Shown piece by piece: positions 10,955 through 21,043 of a stretch of 64,000 bases of DNA; within the stretch, counting starts at the first letter, position 1; the number at the start of each line of letters is the position of its first letter. The position numbers were made by a program, and so were the translations under genes. The stretch comes from Gemmatimonadales bacterium (GTDB lineage: Bacteria > Gemmatimonadota > Gemmatimonadetes > Gemmatimonadales > GWC2-71-9): positions 1,952,001 through 2,016,000 of the forward strand of contig OZ252244.1 of NCBI GenBank assembly GCA_965249575.1, given 5' to 3'. The notes below the pieces were generated by a model. It searched no databases. It saw only the letters and a program-made list of their open reading frames with translations, and was not told the DNA's origin.

Positions 10955-11523
10955 TGACCGAGCGGGACGAACTCCTCGATCGGGTCGCGGAGACGCTCAG
11001 GGCGCCGGTGCCGGTCGACCGCAACCAGGTCGTGGCGCGGGTGATGTCGGAAGTCGAGAAGCTCCCGGCACCGAGCAGGCCAGCGTCGCCCGACCGGGTG
11101 ATAGGTTGGCTGAAGCGCCGCCGCACGATCCGCTTGAGTCCCCTCGGCGGGCTGGCCCTCGCGACGGGCTTCGCCGCGCTGGTGCTAGTGAGCAGCCGTG
11201 TGCTTGCTCCGGGGCCGTCGACTGGTGCCGAAGGCGCGTCGGTGCCTGGGGGAAGGGCGACCGTCCAGTTTGTGCTCGTGGCACCGGAGGCGGGTTCGGT
11301 CGCTCTGGTCGGCGATTTCAACGACTGGAATCGGTCGGCAACTCCATTGGCGCAGGAAGCCGGCGCCGGTGTGTGGTCCATCTCGGTACTACTGGAGCCC
11401 GGCCGGTATAAGTATTCTTTCCTCGTGGATGGCTCGACGTGGATCGACGATCCTCGCGCCGTACCGGTGGTCGAAGACGAGTTCGGCCGGCCGAGCTCGA
11501 TGCTGACGGTGGGAGAGCTATGA
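10954..11523 (+). CDS. putative anti-sigma factor with TM helix and CBM48/AMPK-type glycogen-binding (isoamylase early-set) domain
   Basis: coupled to the sigma stop codon (TGATG); TM helix; VALVGDFNDW...GVWS...PGRYKYSFLVDGSTWIDDP. Confidence 0.8.
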   Translation: MTERDELLDRVAETLRAPVPVDRNQVVARVMSEVEKLPAPSRPASPDRVIGWLKRRRTIRLSPLGGLALATGFAALVLVSSRVLAPGPSTGAEGASVPGGRATVQFVLVAPEAGSVALVGDFNDWNRSATPLAQEAGAGVWSISVLLEPGRYKYSFLVDGSTWIDDPRAVPVVEDEFGRPSSMLTVGEL

Positions 11524-12194
11524 GCGGCTGGCGGCGTCTCACCTGGGTCTTGTGGGGAGTCATGTCCGCCGGCATCATGTCACCCGCCGTGATGTCAGCT
11601 CAGGAAGCCCGCCTGGTGTCGCGGCTTTCCGAGGCAGCACGGCCGGAAGTCGATGCCGTGTTGGATTCGGCGCGCGCCACCGGGACCCCAACGGAGCCGC
11701 TCGTAGACCGGGCGCTTGAAGGAGCCGCGAAGGGGGCCTCTGACGAGCGTATCCTGGCGGCCGTGCGCCGACTTTGGGCGGAGCTGGGAGTCGCGCGCAC
11801 GGCGTTTGGTGATTCCGCGTTGGCGGCGGAGCTTCGAGCGGGCGCGAGCGCGCTGAGGGCGGGTGCCACCCGGTCCGATCTCAAGACCCTCCGCGCCCGC
11901 CGGCCGAACCGACCCCTCATCGTGGCCGCTGGGGTGCTCGCCGATCTCGTTGCGGTTGGAGTGCCGTCGGACACTGCCATTGCGGCCGTGCTCGCGCTGG
12001 CCGAAGATGCGGGGGATGGTGACTACATCGCGTTCAGACGCAACGTCGAGAGCGATATCGCGCTCGGGGCTTCGCCCGCCGCCGCGCTCGCGGTTCGGCT
12101 GCGAGTGGCCACCGAGCTTACCGGGGTTGTGGCGGGAGCCGCGGCTGCCGACGCCGGCAGCCCGGCGGCACCCCCGGGGAAGCGAAAGCCGTAA
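11520..12194 (+). CDS. exported alanine-rich alpha-helical hypothetical protein
   Basis: ATG overlaps the upstream stop; signal peptide ending MSAQE; PTEPLVDRALEGAAKGA. Confidence 0.7.
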   Translation: MSGWRRLTWVLWGVMSAGIMSPAVMSAQEARLVSRLSEAARPEVDAVLDSARATGTPTEPLVDRALEGAAKGASDERILAAVRRLWAELGVARTAFGDSALAAELRAGASALRAGATRSDLKTLRARRPNRPLIVAAGVLADLVAVGVPSDTAIAAVLALAEDAGDGDYIAFRRNVESDIALGASPAAALAVRLRVATELTGVVAGAAAADAGSPAAPPGKRKP

Positions 12195-12200
12195 CGAGAG

Positions 12201-13356
12201 ATGCCGGATCGCGTGGCGCGGCGGCGCGGCGCTCACGGCGGCTTGCCTATCGGTTGGATCGTCCCTTCACAGCCAAACGGCTGGAACGATTGATGTCGGA
12301 GCCTCGGCCGTCGAGTACGACGGCTTCTTGCTGTCCGGTGCAGCGGTCCTCTCCCCCACACTTCAACACGACGCACGCAACTTGTCCCTAGGTGCCCAGG
12401 GCACCTGGGTCGTATTCGAGAGCGGCAACGAGATCCTACAGGGAACGGCGGCGGCCGCCTGGCGAACGGCCTCGTACAACGGGTGGCGCGCCGAGTTCTC
12501 AGGCTCGCTGGGTGCGAGCAAGTACGCCGACTCGCCCCCGAGCGGTCATGCCCTGGGTCGGGCACGCATACACCTTCACGGGACCCGAGCGGGGGGCTGG
12601 GTGAGCGGGATGACGGGCGGCACGTTCGGCGACACCGACGGGACGCCGGTCGAGCTATCAGTCGGCCTGTGGACCATACAGGATCGGTTCGCGCTGGTGG
12701 GGACGGCCAATGGCACCTGGATCTCGGGCGCCAGCTACGTAGACCTCGTTGGGGCGGTACGATGGTCCGAATCCCGGGTACAGGTCGACGCGCAAGCCGG
12801 CGTCCGTCCGTGGCGCAGCGCGAGTGGGTCGGTCGGAGCGCCGCGCCGGAGTGCCTACGCGGAGCTGGCGGCTCGGGTCTCGGTGAGTGAGCGGATAAGC
12901 ATTGCGGTGAGCGGGGGTCGCTACCCCGCCGATCCGACGCGAGGCGTTCTCGCGGCTTCGTTCGTCAACGTCGGCCTCAGTCTGAGTCTCCTCAAGGCAC
13001 GGGTCCCGAGAACGACCACCATCTCGACCGCGTTGCGATTGTCTGCGCGCGCCGTGGTCGCGTCCAAGCACGGAAGCGAGGCGCGCATCGAGGTCGATCG
13101 GGCGGGCAACCCTCGCGTCTTGCGAGTCCACGTGGAAGACGTCACGTCTGTGGAGCTAATGAGTGACTTCACTGACTGGTTGCCGGTCGCGCTCACTCGT
13201 CTGAGCGCAGGCACGTGGCAGGCGAGGGTCCATGCCTCCCCGGGGGTTTACCGGCTGAACATCCGCGTCGACGGCGGACCGTGGCTGGTTCCGCGAGGCA
13301 CGAGGCTCGAGCAAACGGAGTTCGGGGGGGCGGTGGGAGTGATCGTGATTCCGTAA
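12201..13356 (+). CDS. putative beta-barrel protein with C-terminal CBM48-like glycogen-binding domain (probable 1-nt indel just after the start)
   Basis: ATG at 12201 is one base off the long frame (MRIAWRGGAALTAACL..); C-terminus SVELMSDFTDW...PGVYRLNIRVDGGPWLVP. Confidence 0.7.
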
Positions 13357-13485
13357 ATGGTGAGGAGGCCCTTGTTCCCACCCCACCCAAGTGAGGAGTG
13401 AGGAGGTGAAAACGTGAGAGCCGTCGAGGCTGCTCATCACGAGCTACAACGGGAGATTCTCGCTAGTACGAGGACATCCGCTGCT

Positions 13486-14259
13486 ATGGTAGATCTCACG
13501 GACCGAGTAGTGCTGTTGACGGGCGCTTCCCAGGGGATTGGCGCAGCAACGGCCACGATTCTCGGCGACAAAGGCGCCGATCTGATCGCCCACTATCGCG
13601 TGAAAAAAGACCGTGCGGGCGCCGAGTCAGCACTCGGGGCGGTCGCAAGCGCGCACAAGCACTTCGTCGCTGGAGACTTTGAGGACGATGCGGCTGTCGA
13701 GCAGGTCTGGCAAAAGGCCGTTGCCTGGCGTGGCCACGTCAACGTACTCGTGCTCAACGCTGCAATGATGGAACCCACGGGCGGGATCGACGATGATGAA
13801 GACGCGTGGAACAGCGCGTGGCGCCGTCATTATCAGGTCAACGTCCAGGCGCCCGCGCGCCTGATGCGGGCCGCCGTTCGTCATTTTAGAACTCGCGGCG
13901 GCGGCACGATCATCCTGGTGTCTAGCTGGGTGGCACAGCGGGGCGTCACCAATCCACGAATGATCGCGTATGCCGCGTCCAAGGGCGCGATCAAGGCAGT
14001 GGCCCAGTCGATTGCCCGTGGCTATGCCAGCGAGGGCATCCTCACATACATCGTCGCGCCCGGCGTCGTTCGGACGAAGATGTCCGTGGATTTCGCGGAC
14101 CTTCAGGGAGGCGAAGAGGCAGTAACGAGAACGCTCGCCATGCGTGAATGGGTACCGCCTGGTGAGCTGGGCGAGTTAATCGCGTTTCTTGCCACCGGCT
14201 CAGTGCGGCACCTCTCCGGTGCGACGCTCGATGTGAACGGTGCTACGTACGTCAGGTAG
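13486..14259 (+). CDS. SDR-family oxidoreductase
   Basis: TGASQGIG, LVLNAA, YAASK, APGVVRT. Confidence 0.9.
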   Translation: MVDLTDRVVLLTGASQGIGAATATILGDKGADLIAHYRVKKDRAGAESALGAVASAHKHFVAGDFEDDAAVEQVWQKAVAWRGHVNVLVLNAAMMEPTGGIDDDEDAWNSAWRRHYQVNVQAPARLMRAAVRHFRTRGGGTIILVSSWVAQRGVTNPRMIAYAASKGAIKAVAQSIARGYASEGILTYIVAPGVVRTKMSVDFADLQGGEEAVTRTLAMREWVPPGELGELIAFLATGSVRHLSGATLDVNGATYVR

Positions 14260-14271
14260 GGAGCTGCGGAC

Positions 14272-14772
14272 ATGACCGATCAAGCGTTGCGGGAACTCGT
14301 CGATCGCCAACAGATCAATGATACGCTGATCGCGTATTGCTGCGCGTTAGACCGGATGGACCTTCCCGCAATCGCCGCGCTGTTCACGCGGGATTGCGTC
14401 GTCGACTATGGCCCCGACGATCGGCTGCGAAGCCATGGATCCGCTGCGCTTGCGACGTCGCTTGCCCGGATGTGGCGCTGGTCACGCACGTCACACCATC
14501 TGTCAAATATCCAAGTCACGTTCGACGATGCGAGCAGTGCGACCGCGGTTAGCTATGTCCACGCCTGGCACGAGCGACCGGACGGTTCGACCGCGACGAT
14601 CCTCGGACAGTACGAGGACCGGCTCGTGCGCGAGAGCGGTGGCTGGCGTATCGCCAAACGTCGCATGCTCATGAACGGCTGCGATGCAGGGTTCACCGTC
14701 GACATCCATCGATTCGAGCGCATCCCTCCGCCTGACGGGTGGGTCGCTCCCGACTTGGATGGGCCGCGGTGA
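14272..14772 (+). CDS. SnoaL-like/NTF2 family protein (LinA/BaiE/scytalone-dehydratase-like fold)
   Basis: DRQQINDTLIAYCCALD, TSHHLSN, GQYEDRLVR..GWRIAKR. Confidence 0.8.
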   Translation: MTDQALRELVDRQQINDTLIAYCCALDRMDLPAIAALFTRDCVVDYGPDDRLRSHGSAALATSLARMWRWSRTSHHLSNIQVTFDDASSATAVSYVHAWHERPDGSTATILGQYEDRLVRESGGWRIAKRRMLMNGCDAGFTVDIHRFERIPPPDGWVAPDLDGPR

Positions 14773-14817
14773 CACGGTACGCCGCCAAGCGAATCGCGAG
14801 CCTCGCTCGGGATCCGC

Positions 14818-15800
14818 TCAAATACCTGGCCTTTGGTAGCCACCGAGTTGCGTTTCCACGAACCGCGCCACCGCGAGCGCCACGTCGTCGCGGCCGAGCC
14901 GTGCGATCACCTGGACACCGATCGGCAGCCCTTCGGGCGACGTACCAGCCCTCACCACGACCCCGGGCCAGCCGGTCATGTTGTAGGTCACCGTATAACT
15001 GAATGCCGGTAGCATGTCGCCTCCCTCGGCCACCCCGTGTGGGAGCGCTGGGAGCGCGTTCACCGGGCACACGATGACGTCGACATTCTCGAGGAACGAC
15101 TCCAACACGCTCCGGAACTGGAACCAGCGCGTGACCAGCACATCCAGCTCGGCGCCCGTCACCGCCTCCATGCTGGTGAGCGACTCGAGGGTGTGCCGAG
15201 TGGTCCCAGCGTTTCGCAGCAGTCGGCTGATCGCAGCTCCTCCATCCCAGAAATAGAGCGGCAACCCGACATCGAGCGTTTGCTCGATCCCGGGCGGACG
15301 CTGCTCCGTTACGGCGGCGCCCTCACCAGCCAACGCCGTGGCGACAGCCTCGACGGTCAGTACGGTCTCGCGTGTCGGCGTCATGATCCCGTTGTCGGTG
15401 TGGTACGAGACCCTGAGCGAGCTCAAGTCGACGTCCCGGGGGTCGTTCCACGGCAACGGCCAGACACCCGGGTCGATCCAGTCGGGTCCGGCAATCAGCG
15501 GCAGAATGAGGCTCAGGTCGTCCACGGAGCGCGCCATCGGTCCGAGCTGTTGGAACGCATCCTCCGTAGTCACTTCCTATGTCGAAGGGAGATCCCCCGG
15601 CGGCGACGATGGCCGCGGCCCCACCGCTGCTGCCGCCGGTGGTGCGCGTGGGATCGTACGGATTGCTCGTTCGCCCGTATATCAAGTTGCCGGTTTCGAA
15701 GGACAGCGTGAGCTCCGGCGTGTTGGTCTTGCCGAGAAGAATCGCACCCGCGTTACGCAGCCGCTCCACAACCGTCGCGTCCCGCTCCGATGCCTCCCGA
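14818..15800 (-). pseudogene. amidase-signature enzyme remnant; N-terminus and the catalytic nucleophile segment are missing
   Basis: DATVVERLRNAGAILLGKTNTPE...GGSSGGAAAIVAAG...GSDYGG then a jump, in another frame, to DAFQQLGPMARSVDDL...GLPIGVQVIA. Confidence 0.8.
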
Positions 15801-15861
15801 AACGGTAGTTGTATAGGCCGTCCAACGACCAGCGTATCCAATCGAATCCGGGAACCAACAG

Positions 15862-16773
15862 ATGACACTGAAACGTGCGGTGAAATGGGCCGGAGTTGCC
15901 CTGACTGCGGTCGTCGTTGTCCTCTTGCTTTTTGTTGGCGTCCTGCTCATCGGCTACGAGCGTGCAGTGGCCAAGCGCTACGACGTGCCGCCGCCGAGCG
16001 TGATTTCCAGCACTGATTCCGCGGTCGTGGCGCGCGGGAAGCACCTCGCCGAATCGATAGGAGGATGCCTGGACTGTCACGGCCCCGGGCTCGGTGGCAG
16101 AGAGGGTGACGACATGGGGCCCGTCGGTGCCTTCCACGCCCCGAATATCACGCGGGGAGAAGGGGGAGTAGGCGATACATACACCGATGCCGAAATGGCA
16201 CGGCTGGTCCGACACGGCATAAAGTCCGATGGCCGAACGGTCCTGTTCATGCCGTCCATGGACTTCAACTGGTGGCCCGATGAGGATCTGACGGCGCTCG
16301 TTTCGTACGTGCGCAGTCTGCCTCCTGTCGACGGGAAGGTGCGCGAGCTGAGAGTTGGGTTGCTGGGCAAGTCGCTGAATCAGCTCGGTGTTTTCCCTTT
16401 GGCTGTTGCGGCGGCCATCGACCACACGGCCGAGCGGCCTGACGTGCCCGACCCGGAGCCCACGGCGGAATACGGCCGCTTTCTCGCTATGAGCTGTCAG
16501 GGGTGTCACGGGGTCGGGTTGAGCGGTGGGCGCCTTCCCGGCTCGCCGGCTGACCTGCCGACCCCCACCAACCTGACGCGTCATGAGACCGGACTTGCCG
16601 GTTGGGGACAGGAGGACTTTGTGAGGCTCCTCGACACCGGTATCCGACCGAACGGCAGCAGAATCGATCCGTTCATGCCGGTCACGGCGACTCGAAACAT
16701 GAGTGAGATCGAAAAGTCAGCCCTCTGGGCGTATCTCCAGAGTCTGGAGCGACGGGAGTTTGGGGGCCGTTGA
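15862..16773 (+). CDS. membrane-anchored diheme c-type cytochrome
   Basis: N-terminal TM helix; CLDCH and CQGCH; APNIT/PTNLT and MP distal-ligand motifs. Confidence 0.9.
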   Translation: MTLKRAVKWAGVALTAVVVVLLLFVGVLLIGYERAVAKRYDVPPPSVISSTDSAVVARGKHLAESIGGCLDCHGPGLGGREGDDMGPVGAFHAPNITRGEGGVGDTYTDAEMARLVRHGIKSDGRTVLFMPSMDFNWWPDEDLTALVSYVRSLPPVDGKVRELRVGLLGKSLNQLGVFPLAVAAAIDHTAERPDVPDPEPTAEYGRFLAMSCQGCHGVGLSGGRLPGSPADLPTPTNLTRHETGLAGWGQEDFVRLLDTGIRPNGSRIDPFMPVTATRNMSEIEKSALWAYLQSLERREFGGR

Positions 16774-16916
16774 GGGGACTCCTGGTCGCGCCGTCCCACA
16801 ATTGACCGTGCCCTCCCGAGCCCCGGCTGCCCGCGAGACCTGCGGGCCCCCGCCGGGTGGCTAAGGAGGTGCGAAGCCCCGTCCGATACTCATAGCCACC
16901 CTGACTCCGGTTGATC

Positions 16917-18377
16917 ATGGACGAGCGGACCAAGATCGAGTTGCATCGCTTGCAGGCAGCGGTAACCCCTCGCTATGTCGTCGAGCGGCTGCTAGGTCGC
17001 GGCCGGATGGGCGTGGTGTTTCTCGCGCGTGACGTATCCCTCGAGCGTCCGGTGGCGATCAAGCTACTGCCCCCCGAGTACGCATCCGACTTAGATGCGA
17101 GGGAACGCTTTCTCAGGGAGGCGCGTACCGCCGCCCGACTGGAGCATCCGGGCATCGTTCCGATCCACTACGTTGACCACAGCGACGAACTCGTCTATTA
17201 CGTCATGAAATACGTCAGCGGCGAAACCCTCCGGCGGCGAATCGAAGCGGCCGAGCAACTGCACGCGCAAGAAGTCGCCCGAATCGTCGTGGAGGTGGCC
17301 GGCGCACTCGACTACGCCCACCGCAATGGCGTGATTCACCGCGATGTCAAGGCAGACAACATACTCTTGGAGGGCGCCACTCCACGTGCGATGGTCACCG
17401 ATTTCGGCGTAGCCAGGATCGCCGACCACCGAACACTCACAGCGACCGGTGAGCTCCTGGGCTCCGTTCATTACGCGAGCCCCGAACAGTTGTCCGGCAG
17501 CTCCGTGGATGCGCGTAGCGATCTCTATTCTCTGGGGGTGGTCACTTATTACGCGCTGGCGGGAGCCCTCCCGTTTGACGCGCCGACGATCGCCGGGGTG
17601 ATCGGACAGCACCTGGTCGATCCGCCGCCGCCCATCGCCGCGAGCCGACCGGATCTCCCCCGGGAGCTGGAAAGAGTAATCGAGCGCGCGCTCGCCAAGG
17701 ATCCTGCCGAACGGTTTGAATCCACGGGGGAGTTCGCGGGCGCCCTGCGCGCCGCCTTGAATGGCCAGGCCGTCCAAGAGGCCGGCGGTGCTATCCGCAA
17801 GTGGTTCAGGAGGTTGAGCCGCCGAAGCCAACCAGCGCTCGCCCCCCCCGATACGTCGGTCCCCGTAGAGCAGGCCGCCCCGGTGCAGTCAGCGGACGAC
17901 CTCTATGCATCCCTGCCACCTCCTGTCCGGGAGCAGCTGGCGGGCGTGCCGATCGTGGTCCAGCTCATGCGGCAGCAGGTCGAAGCGACCAGGCGGCGGG
18001 AGGCCGAGCTCGTCGGCGCACTCACAGAAGCCGGCGGGAATTCCCTAGATGGCGACCGAGCTAAACTGCAGACCCTAAAGCGCGACCCCGCGAGGCGCCG
18101 AGCAGCCACGCTCCTCGAGCGTCGCGTGAGTGCCGTGTCCGATCTGAGCGGTGCGTGCGAGGCCGTGCGCGACAGTAGGGCGTCGGCGCTTTCCGCGCTC
18201 GAGTCCCTTCGGGTTGGGCTCATACGCCTCCGTGCTGGGGTTGCCACCGTGGGCGAGGTCGCCAGCGACGTCCAGACGGCGAGGGTGACCAGCCGGGAAA
18301 TTGACACTGTCTTGAGCGGCGCCCCCTCGGCTGCCCCACCCGAGGATACACTCTTCAGCCAGCTGCATCGGCTTTGA
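16917..18377 (+). CDS. Ser/Thr protein kinase with C-terminal helical domain
   Basis: GRGRMG, VAIK, HRDVKADN, DFG, YASPEQ. Confidence 0.9.
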   Translation: MDERTKIELHRLQAAVTPRYVVERLLGRGRMGVVFLARDVSLERPVAIKLLPPEYASDLDARERFLREARTAARLEHPGIVPIHYVDHSDELVYYVMKYVSGETLRRRIEAAEQLHAQEVARIVVEVAGALDYAHRNGVIHRDVKADNILLEGATPRAMVTDFGVARIADHRTLTATGELLGSVHYASPEQLSGSSVDARSDLYSLGVVTYYALAGALPFDAPTIAGVIGQHLVDPPPPIAASRPDLPRELERVIERALAKDPAERFESTGEFAGALRAALNGQAVQEAGGAIRKWFRRLSRRSQPALAPPDTSVPVEQAAPVQSADDLYASLPPPVREQLAGVPIVVQLMRQQVEATRRREAELVGALTEAGGNSLDGDRAKLQTLKRDPARRRAATLLERRVSAVSDLSGACEAVRDSRASALSALESLRVGLIRLRAGVATVGEVASDVQTARVTSREIDTVLSGAPSAAPPEDTLFSQLHRL

Positions 18378-18571
18378 GCGGCCGGCCGGCTTAGCGCCCA
18401 GGATCACCGGGCGTACCTGTGACCTACGGCACTCGAAATCGGGTGACGCATTGCCCTCCCTGGGTGACCCAGCCCGCAGCGCCGGAGCGCTGGTTTGGTG
18501 CATATTAGTTGAGCATTCGACACTGACCAGCTGGAAGTCACTCCTTCGGGCCTGAAAGCGGAGAAACCGAG

Positions 18572-19070
18572 ATGAGATGCCTGATGCCCTTCCTGCTTGT
18601 TCTTGCTCTGGGTACGGCCACCAGCTCTCGCGCCCAGGCCCAGGACGGCGTGTATGTGAATGGACGGCTCGTGGGCCAGGAGCAGTTCACGGAACAGCTG
18701 GCAATGTTCGGCATCGTGCTGCCGACCCCAGTCCAGGACGGGGCGTACTGGTACGATCGCTTGTCCGGCCTGTGGGGGCTAATTGGCGGTCCCACTCTGG
18801 GTCAGCTCCCCTCCGGCTTGGAGTTGGGCGGGCCGCTTCGCGAGGATGCTTCGGGCGGGCAGTCCTCGGTGTTCATCAACGGCCGCACGCTTCACCCCAC
18901 CGAAGTGCAGTACCTCCAGATGGTCTTTGGTTGCGTCATCCCTGGCCGCTACTGGATGAATGCCCAGGGAATCGGCGGCCCCTGGAGGGCGGCCCGCCGA
19001 TGTTCAATCTGGCGGCCGCAGCTCAGTCGAAGAGCGGGAGCGGGAGCAGCTACACTCGACGTGGTTTGTG
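18572..19070 (+). CDS. secreted protein with a YWYD..GLWG..VFINGR domain (XLG/EDR4-like); frameshift at ~18980 and truncated 3' end
   Basis: GGAG RBS, signal peptide (SRAQA); continues LEGGPPMFNLAAAAQSKSGSGSSYTRRG in a shifted frame. Confidence 0.65.
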
Positions 19071-19776
19071 CGGACAGGTTCTGCCGGCGGGTGTGATGCC
19101 GAAGGACTTCCGCGAAGACGCGAAGGACGTCGTCGCCCGCCGCGTGTCCGTGGCGGTCGTTGAATTGCTTGAAGTAGTCGACATCGTAGATGACCACGCC
19201 AACCCTCCTCCCACGCAGCCCGGCCGCGAAGTCCCGGTCCAGCGCCAACTCCACGTGTCGCCGGTTGGGGAGCTGGGTGAGGGGATCGACCAACGCCAAC
19301 GCCTCAGCTGCGTGGAGCTCCCTCCGCAGAAGCTCCGTGAACAGGGAGAAGCCGGCGGCGACCACGAAGTACGTCGTAAGTACCACCACCATGACGGGCC
19401 AGTTTGGCGTGGCGAGATCTGCCGCAACGACAACTGCTTGAGTGGATGCCATCGCCAGCACCATCGCGAATAGAGACTCAGCGGTCCCTCTAAGCCGGCG
19501 GTAGTGCGTCAGCGTAAACAGTGTGGCTAGGGCAGCGAGCCAGATCGCCGGCCCCAGCCTTTCGGCCGCGACGTTCGAAAGCGCGATGGAAGCCACTATC
19601 GGTACCACGAGGCCAGCCGCGGCGATCAACACGGCCCACGCGGGCAAGTCCGGCGGGGGCCGACCTGCGTTTAATGACGGGTGAACGGTCACGGCCTCGG
19701 GGTCTCCGGCGTCCGGCGAAGGTGAGCGAGCTTCAATGTGGCCGCTCCATGGCACGCCCGCCAGGGATCGTGACAC
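19070..19776 (-). pseudogene. membrane diguanylate cyclase, truncated just before the GGDEF/GGEEF motif
   Basis: four TM helices, DPLTQLPNRR, DVDYFKQFNDRHGHAAGDDVL, then RRQNLSA with no RxGGxEF; start codon uncertain. Confidence 0.75.
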
Positions 19777-19815
19777 CCCGGCGCGCTAGGCTGTACGAGA
19801 CTCGGATCCGGTTGG

Positions 19816-20838
19816 TTAGGCCGCACCGTCGTCCCACCGGCCGTGAATCACGAAGTCGTCTATTTGGATCTCCTTACCGTAATCTGCGTAATCCCCATCG
19901 GTGCGGGCCCTGCGAAACTCTCCCCAATTCACGGTCCTGTATCGCGGTCTATCGCCGGCCACCGCTGGGATCGGAGCGCAGTCCGTCTCGTACGCGGGAT
20001 TGAAAAAGAAGGGAATACTGTACCGAGGGGTGCCCGTGACCGGCCGGACGCGGTGGAGAGCGGCCCGGTATCTCCCGTTCGACCAGATCTGCATCATGTC
20101 CGCCACGTTGATGACCAGCGCGCCCTCGATCGGCGGGACATCGAGCCAGACGTCATCTGCAAGAATCTGAAGACCGCCGACTTCGTCCTGCAGCAGAATC
20201 GTGAGAGCGCCGGCGTCGGTGTGATGGTGCAGTGCCATCTCGCCGAGCTGCGTGGTCTGTGCCCTCTGGTTCTCCTCCACCGGATCGGCGAGTGGATAGT
20301 AGTTGAGGCGAACAAAACTCGTGTGGACCGGTATGAAATACCGGTGCAGCGCTTTCGGCCCGACACCGAGCCCCTCGCACAGAGCCGCCAGGAGCACGAG
20401 CCCTAGCTCTTCGCACGCTTGAAAGTACCCAAGCATGGTCGGCTTGAAGAGGGGAAGCGGGGCGGGCCACTGGTTCGAGCCGTCGACCGCCGCTCGATTG
20501 TCTGGATGCTCCTCGGCCAGCCGGCGGTCACGAGCTTGAGCGAAATCGAAAACCTCTTTGAGATCTCGCTTGTTCTTGGTGAGCTCGCGATCGAAGTAGC
20601 CCCTCGGGTTTTCCTTGGTGCGGGATACGGCGAGCTTGGCGGCCCGAGGGAGTTCGAAGAAGCTGCGCGTTTGATTCCACACGTCTTCGACCAGGGAATC
20701 CGGCAATCCGTGATTCACGACCTGAAAGAACCCATACGCCTCGGACGCGCGTCCGATCGCCTGGTGAGGGCTCGCGCGTGGGGTGGAAAGCGGGGCGTCA
20801 CGGAGGGCCGCGATGTCGATGATCGGAATGCTTTTCAA
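19816..20838 (-). CDS. 2-oxoglutarate/Fe(II)-dependent oxygenase, isopenicillin-N-synthase-like family
   Basis: IPIIDI, GFFQVVNHG, LNYYP, HTD...H, RYS motif. Confidence 0.9.
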   Translation of the reverse strand: MKSIPIIDIAALRDAPLSTPRASPHQAIGRASEAYGFFQVVNHGLPDSLVEDVWNQTRSFFELPRAAKLAVSRTKENPRGYFDRELTKNKRDLKEVFDFAQARDRRLAEEHPDNRAAVDGSNQWPAPLPLFKPTMLGYFQACEELGLVLLAALCEGLGVGPKALHRYFIPVHTSFVRLNYYPLADPVEENQRAQTTQLGEMALHHHTDAGALTILLQDEVGGLQILADDVWLDVPPIEGALVINVADMMQIWSNGRYRAALHRVRPVTGTPRYSIPFFFNPAYETDCAPIPAVAGDRPRYRTVNWGEFRRARTDGDYADYGKEIQIDDFVIHGRWDDGAA

Positions 20839-21043
20839 GCTACCTCACGAATCGACTGTGGGTGCACGGATTCTCTAGCAGTATGTACGTATGGCGCCGA
20901 GAGCGCGAGGCGAGGGCATCAATGTTCGTGCCATTTTTGGGGCTCCGCCGCGCGAGGTGGCGAGGCCGCGGGCTGCTGCCCATTTTGTTAGGGACCGCTT
21001 GGGAACCGCCGGCATTCACCGCTCCGGAGGCCAATCGATCGTC

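Noticed and set aside
20891..21043. 51-aa N-terminal extension of the Mo-enzyme fusion
   Set aside because: A GGAGG RBS precedes the ATG at 21044; the extension is low-information and is not a Tat signal.
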